NCBI GenBank assembly: GCA_902602515.1 | Contig: CACKRG010000004.1 | Span: 2,405 to 66,404 of the forward strand | DNA from: an uncultured Alphaproteobacteria bacterium | GTDB taxonomy: Bacteria; Pseudomonadota; Alphaproteobacteria; HIMB59; GCA-002718135 | DNA length: 64,000 nt | Direction of reading: 5' to 3' | Made by a program: the position numbers and the translations under genes | The notes under the pieces: model-generated | Told to the model about the DNA's origin: nothing | Databases searched by the model: none | What the model saw: the letters and a program-made list of their open reading frames with translations, nothing else | Shown: positions 63,268 through 64,000 of the stretch, one piece after another | Position numbering within the stretch: the first letter of the stretch is position 1 | How the letters are laid out: each line of letters opens with the position of its first letter

Positions 63268-64000
63268 GATATTAATTTTTATTTTCTTACTATTTATTTT
63301 TTCTTGTCAAAATAACATAATTTCTTCTGATAAAAATAAAGATGAACATAATTTAAAAAATGAATCTAATATTGAATCAATTGATAAAGTAGATTTATCT
63401 TTTCAAAAAAAAAATAATTTAAATGTATTAGATTACTATTCTAGTCATAAAGTTAGTCATAATTTTTTTGTAGATAAACTTAAAAGAATAAAAATAAATA
63501 ATTATGAAAAAAAATATAATAATAATAAACCAATTAATCTTGTGTATAATGATCAGAATATATATTCTTTAAATTTTGAAGGGGATATATTAAAATTTAA
63601 TTCAGAAACAGGAAAAAAAATTGACAAGATAACAATTGATATTAAATTAATTGATAAAACTCCTGTTTCATTATCATTAATTAAAAATGATTTTATAGTC
63701 GGATTTAGATCTGGTGATGTTATTCGCACAAATAAACAAGGATCCATTCTCTGGCATCATAAAAATGATGATATCTTAAATACACCTATTAAATTTTTTA
63801 ATAATAATTTAATAATCCTTTATCCAAATGAATTATTCATACTTTCACCAGAAACAGGTGAAGTAATTTTTGAGAAGTCATTTTTATCAAGTAATATAAT
63901 TCAATCTAATGGTGGTAAAATAGTTGATTATTTTAATCTGATTTTTTTCTTAATGCCAACTAGTGAATTTAAAGTAATTGATACATTTTTATATGAAGAA
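63245..64000 (+). CDS. Lipoprotein, BamB-like beta-propeller (3' end outside window; not in supplied track)
   Basis: Hand translation gives 252 codons with no stop through to the window end. Signal peptide with lipobox MSFKFINKILIFIFLLFIFSC. Repeated short beta-strand motifs (IYSLNFEGDILKFNSETGKK, FIVGFRSGDVIRTNKQG). Confidence 0.55.
   Translation, partial: MSFKFINKILIFIFLLFIFSCQNNIISSDKNKDEHNLKNESNIESIDKVDLSFQKKNNLNVLDYYSSHKVSHNFFVDKLKRIKINNYEKKYNNNKPINLVYNDQNIYSLNFEGDILKFNSETGKKIDKITIDIKLIDKTPVSLSLIKNDFIVGFRSGDVIRTNKQGSILWHHKNDDILNTPIKFFNNNLIILYPNELFILSPETGEVIFEKSFLSSNIIQSNGGKIVDYFNLIFFLMPTSEFKVIDTFLYEE

Noticed and set aside
1-64000. A search for CRISPR arrays, restriction-modification or other phage-defence systems, toxin-antitoxin pairs, transposases, integrases, prophage genes and rRNA operons.
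   Set aside because: None was recognisable. There are no spaced direct-repeat arrays, no nuclease, methylase or integrase motifs, and no small adjacent TA-like pairs. The XRE/ImmA-like protein is better explained as a ScfR/RamB-type metabolic regulator because of its Cys-rich DUF2083-type C-terminus.

Overview
The window is visibly AT-rich and very gene-dense. Many genes overlap at ATGA/TAATG junctions, intergenic spacers are tiny, and there are no rRNA genes, CRISPR arrays, transposases or integrases. This fits a streamlined marine alphaproteobacterium (SAR11/Pelagibacterales-like). Supporting clues are alphaproteobacterial DUF3553/DUF2794-type small proteins, a 1-Cys DksA and GAAC-N7-GAAC boxes upstream of recA. 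I can support about 65 CDS and one tRNA-Leu(UAA).

The left half (1-31.7 kb) is accessory, osmolyte/C1-type metabolism:
- (a) A divergent supercluster (1-17.5 kb) holds a Dpp-type ABC importer, two GcvT-family (THF-type) demethylase-like genes (one DmdA-like) and a homocysteine S-methyltransferase-family gene. It also holds an FMN 2-hydroxyacid dehydrogenase, a ThDP enzyme, an atypical transthyretin-like protein, OsmC, a crotonase, a PhyH-family dioxygenase, an SDR and a GMC oxidoreductase.
- (b) An XRE/DUF2083 (ScfR/RamB-type) regulator sits next to an L-carnitine dehydrogenase / BKACE / thioesterase module and a PhnZ-like HD-domain protein.
- (c) An agmatine-to-putrescine (aguAB), potFGHI, puuA/puuB-like polyamine module.

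The right half (31.7-64 kb) is mostly housekeeping: tsaC, glmU, DAHP synthase, nadE, gltX, cimA, rpsD, grxD, bolA, purB, map, nadK, moaA, dksA, recA, alaS, icd, an RND pump, rlmE and guaA.

The most interesting signals are:
1. The 1-17.5 kb supercluster, a candidate undescribed pathway for a methylated onium 2-hydroxy-acid.
2. A duplicated guaA 3' end (TIEWE-stop coding relic) bracketing a ~0.5 kb single-ORF insertion.
3. A PhyH-family protein with no HxD/E iron motif.
4. A PhnZ/MIOX-like HD protein beside the carnitine genes.
5. An ABC permease that appears to need an ATT start codon.

All homology calls come from motif recognition by eye. No database search was run.
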